DNA from: Lytechinus pictus
Lineage: Eukaryota
DNA: 64,000 nt
NCBI RefSeq assembly: GCF_037042905.1
Contig: NC_087246.1
Coordinates: forward strand, 4,404,001 to 4,468,000
Direction of reading: 5' to 3'
Shown here: one piece after another, positions 41,603 through 55,064 of the stretch
How the letters are laid out: each line of letters starts with the position of its first letter
How positions within the stretch are numbered: position 1 is the first letter of the stretch
The notes under the pieces: model-generated
What the model was told of the DNA's origin: nothing
Databases searched by the model: none
What the model saw: only the letters and a program-made list of their open reading frames with translations
Position numbers and translations under genes: made by a program

Positions 41603-41784
41603 CACTCTAAATTCCAAGGATTTAAGATCCAGATCGGCTTTGAATAGTGACCAGCCGAATATTAGATTTAGTATTAAACCTTGTAGATTTAAATATAAAT
41701 CTAAAAGATTTGAATTAAAAAGTTTTGGATTTGAAAGTTGATCCTAAAGATTTAAAATAAATCCAATATTCGGCTGGTCACTAT
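41603..41784. mobile_element. Truncated CACT-type palindromic MITE
   Basis: Starts ta|CACTCTAAA, with a perfect 20-bp IR ATAGTGACCAGCCGAATATT at 41644-41663 and 41765-41784. Confidence 0.7.
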
Positions 41785-42048
41785 ATATCCTAATTAGCAG
41801 CATTTACTAGCTAACATTGACGAGTCTCGCGCAATATGTGCATGAATCTATAAACTTCCACGAAATGGCGTCTTCCCGATGGAGCATGTGAGATCACGTG
41901 TTCTGAATCTAATCACATGATATCCAACGAGGTTCATATACTTGCAGCCGGGGCTTGCTGGCGTGTTGCTCATGCATGTACACAGACTGTGTCAGCAAGA
42001 GTCTCCCACCTTTGATGTTACGATGGTCAGGTCGAAATTAAACCCATT

Positions 42049-42359
42049 GGCCCGTATTCTGAAGTCAGGTTTAACTTAGACCATGGTCTAACTCTGTACT
42101 AAAATTATGGGAAGCCAAAAGTGTCAACATTTTTATTAAGTTGTATGTTTCTTATATTTACTGTGCTCTTTCCTGATTCTTCAATGGTGAAGACAATCAT
42201 CCATTTATACTTCCTAGACAATTACGAATGATTTGAGAGCCAAATGAGCTGGAATGTGATATCTTGACTCCTAGTGATTTATGTAACAATTGGCTATCCA
42301 TACTTAAACCACAACTTTAAACCTGAGTTTAAGTTAAACCCGACTTCAGAATACGGGCC
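42049..42359. mobile_element. Harbinger/PIF-like MITE
   Basis: TIR GGCCCGTATTCTGAAGTC(A/G)GGTTTAACTTA and a 3-bp TSD ATT. Confidence 0.88.
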
Positions 42360-45300
42360 ATTAACATTCATGTCTTATATGCGTGTGTGTATGTGTTCGT
42401 AGATGTATGTGTGTGTTTGCTTGTGTTCAGGGGGATTAGAAACCATACGAAATCTCCTTCGATCGCAGACTGCGGGTGGGGTGGGGGGTTTGATTATGCC
42501 CCCCCCAAAAAAAAAAAAAAAAAACCGTAGGCCAATAATTCACAACATCTCTAATAAATGAATGCGGGATCCTTCAACTTCACTTTGATGATACGCCTTC
42601 GTGATAAGTTCGGTCACTTCGCTTCCTTGGTTGCATTTACTCATGGTTTACTTACACTTAAATAAATTCTGCATATAGCCATGTCCTTTATGTAAAGTAA
42701 ATAAAAACTCCCTAATGAAGTTTGAATCAAGGACCACTTGATGTCCTGATTTGCAGACACATGTGTTCATGATTTATATTAATGGGTGTTTTTTTAACTG
42801 TTTGAGATAAGTCACGATAAAGAAAAAATATATACTGGTTTCATCCGCTTTGGTTCTTGGTAATTAATTTTGTACAATTTACATCATTGAGCACTACTTG
42901 GTGTGAAAAAAAAGAGAAATGCTTTTCTATTCTACAACGATGTTTTGCTTGGATAAAGTCCCGGGGATAAAGTTCCTTTGAAACGGTATTATTAAAGTAG
43001 TGTTTTAGAAGTATATCTTGTATTGCCCTCTGACATTGTCTGACCTGTGAAATGTCCTCTTTTGCCTGAAGAAAAGTTGAAATCAACAAAATAATTGGTT
43101 TCTGAAAAAATCATTTATTCCCATGCGTTCATATTTTTTTATTCACTTCTGCTACAAATCATGTAGCCCTGTACTTTATCTGGAGTAATATATTGAATCT
43201 CTTATAGTTTTGTGTAGGTTGTTTTGTTTTAAATGCTAATTCAGTCGAGTATCTCATAACGATATTGATCAAATAAAATGATAAGAGGAGAAATAATCCA
43301 TTAGAGTGGCAGAAATTAGCATCTGAGTGCGTGATCAAGATCAGCGTGTCGTATCACCAGTAATATGGTGTGCATGGTCAGCGATATCTCGTCAACCAAC
43401 CGTAAGAAAGTTTTGAAATTATTTGGCAAAGAATAATTCTATATAATTCTCGTAAATCAACACAGCAATCACACAATTGTCCCCGTCATCTGAAAACTCT
43501 ATGCAGTTTGCCCCAATTATGGTGACCTATTATCAAGATTATGTTATGAGTATGCAGCATCTGTTTTGCTGGTATGGCTGATGTATACTGTTAATGAGCA
43601 ATAAAGCCATATATTTCACCTTCAGAGGCTACATTCTCTTGGAAAAACAAGTCTTCGGTAAAATTAATGAAGGAGTTGATTTTCAGTTATCAAAGAGACA
43701 TCCTTGTATGTTTTCTAATAAAATATGTATGTTTTTCAACCAAGTATTATGGATCAAATAACCTGTTTTGATAATACACACCAAAATGACAGAGAACACA
43801 ATCTATCAATCGCTTTGTATTGAGGATCATTTTTACAATAAACTTTGATAATAATTTTGAATAAAGACATGAATGTTGAGAAATACTCGACACACATTCC
43901 ATGCATTTGCATGTATACATAAATCACATGTATGTACATGACAGGATGATGAAATTGCAAACGTTGCATATTATTCAACTCTTAAATACAAGAACCATTT
44001 TGGCACGGGATTTTACTTACAATACAACCTTCTTATTGTTATCTTACTGGATTATGTTAGAATTACTTTTAATATATGTGTTAACACAGTACGAATCTAA
44101 AGGGTAGGGGCATCCAACCTTAACACTTTGTCAGAGTCTTAGCGCTCAAACTTGACAGTATTACATGTATCCACCAACGACACAAAAATGAGAATCTCTG
44201 GATGTATTCAAGCATGTTCTCAGTACCAATCTGGGGTTGGTTCCTATTATCACGGTTAATATGACTAAACATCGGCTACACCCAAAACGATGGAAGCATC
44301 AGTAAGAAAGTACATGTATACGTTGAACCTTTATACGCCTACAAAGCATTTGGCCAATAACAACTTTAAGAGTTATTTGAAACTTAATTGAAAGGTGGTG
44401 TCGATCTGTATAACAGTTACTTTGTTGTATATTTCATTACTGGCTACGCAATTATAAACAAGTATGCCAATATTCAAGAAATTGAATATTTTATCTTAAC
44501 TGCATGATTTCTGTGGATTCTCTAATAATTACGTACAAATACAAATCTGGAATCTTGCCAAAAATATTTGAAAAGTTATGTTTATTCTCAAGTCAACAAT
44601 ATACATTATAATTACAGCACTCGTCGAAGTGAATTATTTCTTCAACCCAAGATTTTCTCTTCCTTTTCTCCACTAATGTACTACCAATTTCCCTCCTTAT
44701 TCTATTCCCAATCTCAATTCATTTCTGTATCATAAATACTACCTCTTCTACCTCATCTTAGACTTCTATCTATGCCTCTGCCCCTATCTTCCCTCCTGTT
44801 TTCTCTCGCTATATTGGGTGGGTGTGTGTGTGTGTGTGTTTACGAGGTTGTATATGTATTTTTATGTAGGCCTATAATTTGTTATTTTTTATGTCAATGT
44901 TGATATCATATTGCTTATTAAGGGTATCCCTCCATTAGGCCTATATAATGTAGTCTGTCAAGACTGAGTTATATTCAAAACATATTCTGGTTTTTAAAGA
45001 TGGAGAATGCAGTTCAATTGAAAAAAAAAGAACCTGCCATTCGATTCCCGGTGCATAAAACTGACCCCACCCTACAGTGAGTAATCATGCCTTTTGTTGG
45101 AGGTATCACTTCTGGCCAATCAACACCACCCCGGTTGGTACACATGTTGTGGCTCATCCGGCCCTTATTACCATTGAAAGTTAAGTATATACATAAGGAA
45201 AAGCACAAAACTTGATGCAGACAAATAAAGGAAGGCGTTTCGGCTTTTCAAGTAGTTATTCGCATTTATCTGGAAGCGTTTTACCATGATTTATATGGCG

Positions 45301-47730
45301 AAGTCAATCAGCCTAAACTAACTTGCATTAAGCATCAATGATGGTCTGTAATTCATTTGAGTTACTTTATCTTGATTGTGTCGGGAAGCAATTCTAAATG
45401 TGTGCGACATTTTATTTGAAGATAGTGCCCGTTGATCTGGTAAGAGACGTTGATATTTTTATAACTATGTAATGGTTACCTAATATCTGTTATACACAAT
45501 GTCATCTTTATTAAATAGTATTTTTATTTATGATAATGTTGTAGAAATGATGTTATTGATACCAGAATCTTGATGTTATTTTATTATCTCTTGTTCTGAA
45601 AGCATCTAGTTTTATATCATACTCTGATCCTTTTGTGATGGTGATGATATATCGTAGTTAGAATAAGAATTATAATGATAATACTGATAATAATAATGAT
45701 AATATTGATAATGATAACCATCATATCATAATAAGTCATAAAAGGAACTGTGAACTGAAGGATGTCGAAACTAGGTTACACCTATATACATCCAATATTG
45801 ATGCTGACTGTTTGGTTTGATAAAACACTGCGAAGTAGCAATGCAATGGATTTAAAGCAGACATGAAGCAGTACCTTAAGAATTTAAAAACAAAGAAATG
45901 CTTAGGCATGGAGCAAGGGGGGTGAAGAGAGCAAGAAAGACGGGGGGGGGGGACGTGATTGAGATGCCAAGGTAATTTTGCTGAGTAAATTGTGTTATTG
46001 TTCCCGTTAGTTTACAAAATCTTGCATTTTTTGTAAACTGAGCAAACGGTAACCCAACGGCAAATCTAAGATATTTAGTGACATCAATGAATACTTGAAA
46101 TAAAACAGGAATAATTACAATAATTTCTTAAGCTTTAATTGATCTTTACTTCTAAATTTTCCGTCCACGCAATCCCAGGTTTGCCTTCACAATGCTCTTA
46201 ACACAGATTACAATGACCTACATTTTTCGAAAATTCATATTAAGAAATAAAAGAAACTAATTTATTTCCGATACTTAACTCTCATGGAAGGAAAGACATT
46301 TTGCATTTCAAGTTTCTACATTTGCTCATGCACTCAAAGGACTAAATTATCATTTTGTATTTGAAAAGCCATAAGTGGTAAATCTCATTAGCCGTAAGTC
46401 TACTTATATACAGTCGTTCTTGTATCAAGGCGCCGAAGACATAGAAATATGTTGTTGTACAAATTTGATGTTATACAAGTCATTTTTTTATAAGGGATAT
46501 TCCTATAAAGGAAATTTTTCTTAGAATTGTTTCAATGTAGAAATTTGCTGACAATTATAATTATTTTAGGGACAGAAAATGCCAATTTACGCATGCTTGC
46601 TTTCCCCTTAATATTCTGGACAATTTATGTTCTGTGATACGTAATGCATTCGCGTGTTACAATTCCATAACGTGACATTTATTTTGATTTAACTGTGGTA
46701 AGAGATTGATTGCTCACCCGAAATACTTGATTGAAAGCGAATGTTATACATTATAACTTGGGATAATTTCCATGAACAAACTAATAGGCATGGGAATAGT
46801 TTGTTCATTTCGTAAGTATTCTCGGTTGATTGAATTACAACCTGTTTTGATTCAAAGCACATTGAAATAATATTAATGGTGTACAGTGTAATTGATCTTA
46901 TGTATGCAGTTGAATGAATATCATTTTTAAAATATATTTTAATCTAACAAGAAACACCGCTTGTTCCAATATGAAGGCAGGAATATCTATCAGTTACAAT
47001 GATTATATAATGATTTCCTTTGTGTCGAAACTGTCTTTGACGGGGGCCTCTGAGGCCAACGTTGGAGAACCCCTGATAGAGGAAGTGACACATCCATTAG
47101 GCATGTATGTAAACGATAGTAGCAAAGTGCCCTGGAATGACCAATGGTAACATTGGTCAAAGTTACATTGTTCAAAGTCGACAAACGGTCACACTAGAAG
47201 CCATTCTTATTGGTTTTTATTAGAAAGTCTTTATTGCTTAATATGTAGACTCCTTCTTTGGTGATTTGCCAGAATTTATCTCCCCATTCTTCTCTTAATC
47301 TCATGTATGCATACATTCACTTCTTTCCCTCATTTTTTTTTGTCCGGCGCCTTATCCTCCAGTTTCTTCCACACTCTCTGTGTTTTTCTTCTTCCAACCC
47401 TCTTCTCATCCGCTTTATCAATCATTCTGTGTACTTAGTCTGACATTTATTTTTATATTTTGCTGCTTTTGTTTTCTTATTTTGTGTTTTTGATAATTAC
47501 GTTTTCGCTGTATTGGCTAGAGTCGGCCGAAACATATAGGCTTCTTTTCATTTCCATCACATTTTTATACAACTGGCTAGTAATCATTCTAGACTTCATA
47601 TAGATGTTCTCTTGGGTAAATTTACTTCGTGTTTTAGAGAGACAGTTGAAAAGGCAACAGTGAAAGAACACAGAAATTTCCAAACGGCCAAACATAAATC
47701 TGATCATTTCCCATTAATTTGTTCTTTCAG

Positions 47731-48149
47731 ATTGTACTCATTTCGTGGTGGTCACTTTGTATTCACTTATCCATCCCATCATCAATCGGACGACAAACGG
47801 CCTGTAAGAGAGTCCAAATTACCGACCTACACAATTATCTCAAAACATCGACCCAACTAAGAAATCACCGTGGAGTTTGATCAATCCAAAATGGCGCCTA
47901 TCAGCAAGAAAGTCCCCATCAAGCCCATTCTTCCGTCGTGCCGTGTGTGCGGTGATGAGGCATCTGGGATACATTACGGGGTGACTTCATGTGAAGGGTG
48001 TAAAGGGTTCTTCAGACGGTGCATCGGGAACAAAACCCTCATCGTGCAGTGTCAGAAAGAAGGCCATTGTGATATTGGCAAGAATACTAGAGGGCGCTGT
48101 GCTCACTGCAGATACCAGAAGTGTCTTGCAGTCGGCATGTCTGTGCATT
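47731..48149 (+). CDS. NR exon with 5'UTR (47731-47890), start codon and the whole DNA-binding domain
   Basis: Acceptor gttctttcag ends at 47730, there is no ATG before 47891, and the donor catt|gtaagt starts at 48150. Confidence 0.9.
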
Positions 48150-50911
48150 GTAAGTATAAATACAACGAATTGCACTTCGGTACATTATTAAAAAACTAAT
48201 GCTCTAAGTTCATAAATTAGAATCACAGAACCTTTACGGATAGATTTTCCTTTTATATTTACAATAGCTCGTACGAAGCTAGCCGAAACTACAACCGTTT
48301 AGAATATACTGATAAAAGAAAGACTCCTGTGTCATTTTGTTATTTTTTTTTGTACGTTTAACATTTATGCTCGTTATAGAGATTTCTTCCTTGTAATTAT
48401 GAAAATCATTCTCAACCTACATTGCTCTGTCCATATACTCAGCTGTTCGTGTAGGACGTTATTCTAAGAAACAGAAGATGAAAAACCTTGCCGAGATCCA
48501 GAGTCTGGCTACTCCTGAGCAGATCGTTGAGCGGGAAAGAAAGGATCGAGAAATTTACGCTCTCATTCAGAAGGTTGTAAACGCTCATGACGTCACCAGC
48601 TCTAAGATGACAACAACAGCACACGTAAGTCGATTTGTAGGTCCCTTATCACTAAGTTTACCGATTTATCGTGGGACTGATATTTAGGATTGATTTAAGC
48701 GATCATTATGTTAAATGAATAATAATAATAGGCATTTATATAGCGCCATCTATCTAGAAATATTCTATTCCGAGACGCACAAGAAAATTTGACTCCCCCG
48801 TACTGATGTATTTTATTCGCTTCCCCCCCTTTTTTTGCATTTTGTAGATCAAACTGAAGCAAGACTCCCAACAGATGCATCCTGATAGACTTCCTGTAGA
48901 CCTGTCAGCCCTATCCCTTCCTGGGGCCAATGTTTGGTCCCACTTCTTGGATGAACCTTGTGATCTTGGAGACTTGTACTCTAGGATTTGTACCGTCAAA
49001 GGATACCTGACCGACGTCCTCACTCCCTCTGTTGTGAATGTGGTGCAATTCAGCAAGAATCTACCCGGCTTTTGTGATCTTCTGCAGGTACGGATATATC
49101 GAGTAATACTGGGTTGGGTTTAGGAAGGGGTAGTAGTCGTTGGTATGATTTTAATGGTGAAGATAGCTTTCTAAATTTATCGGAGGCCAAATTCTATCTT
49201 GTTTCCATTTAACTATAGACCTTAGTGATAGGGACGGTTAGTGTTCTGCGTACTCTGCAAGGTACTTAAAACTCTGTATAATTTGCAATATCAGTGTTGG
49301 TTGTTATTACTCATATAATAAAAAAGAATTCCATATCCCTTTGCCGTCGCGTACAAGGTAAATTTGAAGTGCCAATTTATTCAGCCATCCGAATTAAAAT
49401 ACATGTATAATGAATATAAGTCTTATCATTTTTGGTTATTTTCTTTCTGTAGGAGGATCAGATGACTCTTCTCAAAGCTGGTTTCTTTGAGATCTGGCTC
49501 CTGCGGACATGCATGGAAATTGCCTTCACGTCAGATTCGGTGTCATTTGGTACGGAGCATGGGTACGCTATGTCCCACCTTAGCATGCTTGGCTGTGATT
49601 ACAGATTCTGGGACGAGCTCTTCGATTTCTCCAGGAGCTTCAACAATCTCCAGCTGATCAAGGAAGAAATCGCTCTCTTTACCACCGTTGTTCTTTTCAG
49701 TCCAGGTAAGTTTAATGCTTTCCAACTTCAGTCATCAAATAGTTTCAAATGTAATAGTTTCAAATATCTGATACAGGATGTTGGAATTTGTTTATCACAG
49801 AAATGTATGGCGTTAATAGACGAGTGTGTATTGTATTCAATATTGTCCACGAAATCACCAGGTCTTTATTTCCGTCTTTCGTCTACATGTTGCGGTTAGG
49901 ACGTGATATTCTCAAGAAATTTCCAGGGTTCAATATTACGTTATATATTGATCAAGCTATCTATATCTGTTCACTCCCCGCCTAATACATGGCTAATATC
50001 TCAATCATTCTGTGCATGGGCGGATAATTCTTAAACTATCATTGATGCTGGTTTCTACACCATTAAAGAAAAAGCTGGTCGTGCAAGGGAGCTGTAATTA
50101 ATGGGCATAATAAGCTGGAGGAAAAAAGGGAATCACTGTGAAAGATACGTATTGTAAGAGTCAAGTGCTAGTAGTTGGTGAATAATTGGATGAATGTATT
50201 CGTAGCGGAATAAGTGAATTCAAAATAGACTGTTCCTCAGGGAATGTATCACTTACTGTGTTTTAACGATCTTCCAAACGTACTAGCTCAGTTAGACATT
50301 AAGTATATAAATGCATCATTGTTTCGTAATAGTGCTTCTATCTTGTCTTGAAGTAATGTAATGTTATAAAATCCTATACCGAATTCCTTAAGTATCCCCT
50401 TGTTTGAGTAGGCGAGGTTATTTCTAGATTATATAAAATGTTTTAGCATATAGAAAAAGGCATTGTAAATCGGTAGTTTAAATGACGAAAATGTAATGAA
50501 AAGTAATTAAATTGCAATTGGACCTCTGTAGAAAAGTTGGATGACTTGGATTTTGAAATTGAACTAGCCGTACACGTTCATTTAGGTCGGGTTAATTTCC
50601 ATTACGCTTAAATATTTAAACCATTATTTCTACCATTCTTTTATTTTGATCTGTGTCATGTAGATCGCCATGGCCTAGTAGAACCTAGTAAAGTGGAATT
50701 ACTTCAAGATCGTTATCTCGAATGCCTCAAGAGGGAAGTGACAAGAAGGGATTGGAAGAACAAGCAACTCTTCGCAAGGCTCCTGATGCAGGCTACAAAT
50801 CTACGTGCAGTATCCGCAATCTTCTTTAAGAGCACGTCCGAATTCAGGCACGCATGGCCTTACATGGAGATTCCTGCGCTTCTGCAGGAGATTCTCAACT
50901 ATGATTGCTGA
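47891..50911 (+). CDS. Nuclear receptor, NR1 group (E78/E75/ROR-like orphan), 5 coding exons, 393 aa: join(47891..48149,48443..48624,48848..49087,49453..49705,50664..50911)
   Basis: C4 zinc-finger DBD ([27 protein letters not shown]...[11 protein letters not shown]), T-box SVRVGR, LBD signature [36 protein letters not shown] motif and AF-2 ALLQEIL. All introns are GT..AG with phases 1,0,0,1. The exons sum to 1182 nt. ATG context is caaaATGG, with an in-frame TAA upstream at 47858. Confidence 0.95.
48443..48624 (+). CDS. NR coding exon 2 (T-box/hinge/helix 1)
   Basis: Acceptor actcag ends at 48442, the exon reads (S)[11 protein letters not shown]...LIQKVVNAH, and the donor is cac|gtaagt. Confidence 0.9.
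48718..48780 (-). mobile_element. L2/SINE 3' tail fragment inside an NR intron
   Basis: The minus strand reads ...AGATGGCGCTATATAAATGCCTATTATTATT, an L2-type tail. Confidence 0.55.
48848..49087 (+). CDS. NR coding exon 3 (LBD helix 3 region)
   Basis: Acceptor ttttgtag, translation IKLKQ...[16 protein letters not shown], donor cag|gtacgg. Confidence 0.88.
49453..49705 (+). CDS. NR coding exon 4 (LBD helices 4-8)
   Basis: Acceptor ttctgtag, translation [18 protein letters not shown]...[14 protein letters not shown], donor cag|gtaagt. Confidence 0.92.
50664..50911 (+). CDS. NR terminal coding exon (LBD helices 9-12, AF-2)
   Basis: Acceptor catgtag, translation (D)[21 protein letters not shown]...[13 protein letters not shown], stop TGA at 50909-50911. 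Confidence 0.92.
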
Positions 50912-51938
50912 TAAGGCAAACGACATATTATATGTTGATAGACATTATGTATATGAATTGGCTGCGAGGGTTTACCTCTATGTGTGCAATGTTGTCTTTG
51001 CACGTGCATGTGGCCTGCATGGCGTTAGGACGCTTGACTGTAATGTTCTTTTTGACTTGTCCTTGGGTCTCACTTGTTAAAAGGATGGTACCACTCATTT
51101 ATTGATATTTGTGAAATGTGTAACGGTTTGCTTTGCTTGGCCTTAACGCATCTTTATAGTGAGCATTGTGTGGTAAAGTAGAATTGCAACAAATGTACTA
51201 TGAACAAATTGTGTGGAAATCGTCGGCCTGGTGCAGACGATTTGTACACTACAAGTTCCTTGTATTTATTTTAATATCTTAATTCTTACTGTAGCCGTTA
51301 TGGCACAGTTTCATTCTAGATAGATGTAGTGATAGGGGCATGATCAGTTTGTACTAGGGTAGGTTTTTAGCATTCATCTTCTGCTGGACAGATTGAATAT
51401 AGCGTCTAGATAACAGCATGAAGTGCATGTTGAGTGTCTTGTTGACGTTTAAGCACTGTTGAACAGTGAGAATAGTCCAACATTCAGTCTGTTTCTGGTT
51501 AGAGACCAGCTGACCCGAACGTATGACGATATGCATTCATATACTGTATGTACCATGACTATGTGTAACATTGTTTATGTATCATACTCTTGGAAGAAAA
51601 ATATGTTGTTTTGTATGTAAGCCAAAGAAAACTCTTATGTAACGATGATTTTTGTACATATTGCTAAATCAGGGTGAAAGTATATATATTTGTGGATGGT
51701 GTAGATATAGTTGGAAATGCTAAATACACCATGACATGTGAAAAACAAAGATGTAAATAAGATATATTTTATCTATATGAAACCTCATTGAGACTGAATT
51801 CTATCCGACTTGAAATAAATCAAAGATTTATATATCAGTCCACTCGTCAGGAAGCTAAAAAACGAGAAAATGCTTTTGACCCTCCAAAGATTCATTACTT
51901 CTTTTCAGGTTATTTTCGTGTAGTATAATTCGTATAAT

Positions 51939-51954
51939 TATATATATATATATA

Positions 51955-52007
<53 letters not shown>
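51939..52007. repeat. (TA)n microsatellite
   Basis: Long TA dinucleotide run with one TGTG interruption. Confidence 0.95.
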
Positions 52008-52009
<2 letters not shown>

Positions 52010-55000
52010 TATGGATTACCTTTATGCAGTTCCATGATGTGGACTATTATGATGTCATGAGATGGATTCATCACTTTATGCAGCTTCTAACATGAAACAC
52101 ATTCAGTGATAATAAAAAGTAACTTGCATAATGAGGTGGCGTTTACCGCCATTTTTTAGGAGGAAGGGAAATGGCATGCGGAGATCTCCAGAATATAGAG
52201 TTAATAGATGGAAGGAGGGTGCAAGAGAAAAACTTTAATCCATTATATCATGATCGATCTTTTGCCCAACTGAATAAAGTTCCACTCCAGTCATCGGTCA
52301 AGTGCTCGTTATGATGTCCTACTCTGATGATCGTTTCTCGAAAACTTCTGGTGTAACCGGAAGCCTTGTAAAAAATACTATTTTCTCATGACGTCAGCCA
52401 TTGAGCTGCTACCATAGTCAATTTTTCGTTTAGGCCTATATGAATCACAGTTGCACAATTTTGCTAAAACCCGATTTCAATCACTCATTCCTTTAAAAAT
52501 TTGCATCGATTTGTATCTTTTGCCGTCATTTTGTCAGTTAAAAAAACATGCATGTACTCATATCGTAATAAATATGCGATGGGTTACGGAAGTTGTAAAT
52601 GCATGTAAAATAAATAAAGCAGATATCATGAGCTTTAATTTGATGAATTGGTCAACATGGACTCTATTGGTTGAAGAAAGTAAATAAGGCGTTTAAAAGT
52701 CCGAAAGTACTAAGTATTTTGTCGGTGGTTTCCTAACTCTTTGGCCAACTGGCCGGATTGCATGTGTAATTTACGTAGACAAGTGCTGAGTGTTTATCAA
52801 GCTTTTCCATTGAGTATGCACTTCTACTATTTTCACGCATTCTATCCAGAGATAGCCTCTTCAGCTGCTGTGTTTACAATTTTCTGGTATAATGTACAGC
52901 GGAATTTTTTTAATATAACGAACGTACAATTGATTTTTTTTTCGTGCAAGCTCCTATTTACATGATTTAATACTTTAATGTGACATCAGCTTATAATGTT
53001 ATGGGATAATGTTGACCATTTTGAAATAGTATATTCAAGTATAAATGCTCAACTACTAATTGAATGAATTTTATGAGCCCTTTGAATAATATATTTTCAT
53101 CAATTGTGTTGTTGTATTAATGCCTATTTTAAAAGTTTGTGACAGAATATATTGATATTCATGTATTTGTTTAGACGAGACTTGCCTTTTATTTATATGT
53201 TTGGAATGATTTAAATCTGTCGTGCCTTTGCTTTGTACGCGTATACTTGACGGTAAAAATCGTGTATTCATCATGTTTAAGAAGTAATGGTATTTCAAGG
53301 AAACTATTTTACTCTGATACATGACTATGTGGTTTATTTCTTGCCTGGGAACACAAACATGCCTTTCTTTTTCACAGCAAACATTGTTGTTATATATGCA
53401 CGTAACTTCTCATCCCTGTATGATGCACGATATTTGCCCTTTTCTCAAAATTGAACATAGTATTATTCAACGGGGAAATATTAATATGAGAAGTATATCT
53501 TAGATATAATTTTTTTGTTCTTCTCAATTTTCCGTGATCCTGGCAAATGATAGGCACTAGGCATAAACCTACATAACAAATTGATCTTTAAGCATCAGGC
53601 CTTTTTTGTTGTTTTTATTTTATTTTTTCCGCGCGGTGGAATGTGGTAGAAGATCTTTCTGGAAAAGAGCTTAAAATCAATTACAATTCACGAGACTAAG
53701 CGCTGGATTGATTTTTTTATATATATATTGACGCGATATTGACTGGTCAATAGTTGTTTGAATATGCGTAGTAAGAATATGAAAACAAATACTGTAGCAA
53801 TTATAAATTTCATCAGCTTTCTGACGACTTATTTTGCATTGTACAGATATTGATTTTTGTGTGTGCAATTTTGCATGTATATATATATATATATATATCT
53901 AGATATATATATATATAGATATGTATGCCTTTGTTTCTCGAAAAATTTGATTTCTGTGTGTGAGATTTTTTTTAAAGGAGGAAATTATAATATTTGTTTT
54001 TATTTAATCCTTATATCAGTGTATTGTAGCGTTTTAATCAGACCTGTTTAAATAATGTGGCCATTTCTTTTCTTTTTCAGAGTGAAAAGGCAATGACATG
54101 TAGGAAAAAAGTCTAAAGTTTTAATATTCAGTTCCCGGATATTATCAATGGAGTTCTGATGTGTTTAATATTATAAATTCAATTTTTTATTGATGCCATT
54201 TCTTATTTTACCCCTGTTTTCTTTGACCAGTATTCTATCAGCGAGACCAAACGATAACATCGAGACCAAAATTCGGCATGACATGATGAGACTATACTTT
54301 CATTATATGCAGTCAGGGTAGTTAACTTGACGGCATATTCATGTTTATACATGTATAGGCCTAGTTGTGTCATGTATATGTAGAAATGCAAAACCTGTAA
54401 GATGTCAAGAATATCCAGACGATAATATTATAACATTATTTTCAATCAAAGGTATCGTGTTGCATGAAAATTGTTAGAAAGTGATCGTTAAGTTGTTGTT
54501 TTATAATTTAAAGTTAATGAATGTATACCACTTCTCTTTTCGCTGTGAAAAGGTAACTTAAGAAGCAGATGATGAGACTTACTATAAACCAACTCAAAAC
54601 TCAATTTACTTGTAACATATATGTAACAACTGTGTTTTCGTTTTATTTTTTTAATATTTTTTTTAAAATCTTAACTGGCATATGAGACGTGATTTCTTTT
54701 CTTCGATCGTTATTGCCAATTTGTTAGTGAATATATATACGTTTTGTTTTGCTTAATCATTTAAATTGCTAAAGCCTAAAATCAACACCTTTTGTCATCT
54801 CCAATCAAACATGTTTATTAGTGAATGCTAAATTGAGACAAGTTTAATCTAGCATTGCTTTCATGTTGAAATGTTATGTTACCTTATACGTTGCTGTTCT
54901 GTTTGGGTTAAGTCGAGATATTTATGATAAAATCATTAAAAGATATCACGCTTTGAGTGGTCATAACTATGTAAAACTTCTTATTGTTACTTGGATGTTA

Positions 55001-55064
55001 TGTGCACAAATTTTGATAATCAATGAGTGGTTCTGATGAACGAGACTAGCAAGTGGGTGACGTG

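Noticed and set aside
46716..46826. Hairpin with 12-bp stem ATGAACAAACTA/TAGTTTGTTCAT
   Set aside because: Most likely a decayed palindromic MITE, with no further support for an RNA gene.
47612..47860. ORF upstream of the NR DBD as an N-terminal extension
   Set aside because: It ends in an in-frame TAA before the ATG and spans the intron acceptor.
47987..51105. Antisense and alternate-frame ORFs over the NR exons
   Set aside because: Shadows of the real coding exons.
50912..54950. Exact 3'UTR end/polyA site of the NR gene
   Set aside because: Several AATAAA candidates occur in AT-rich sequence and cannot be resolved without transcript data.
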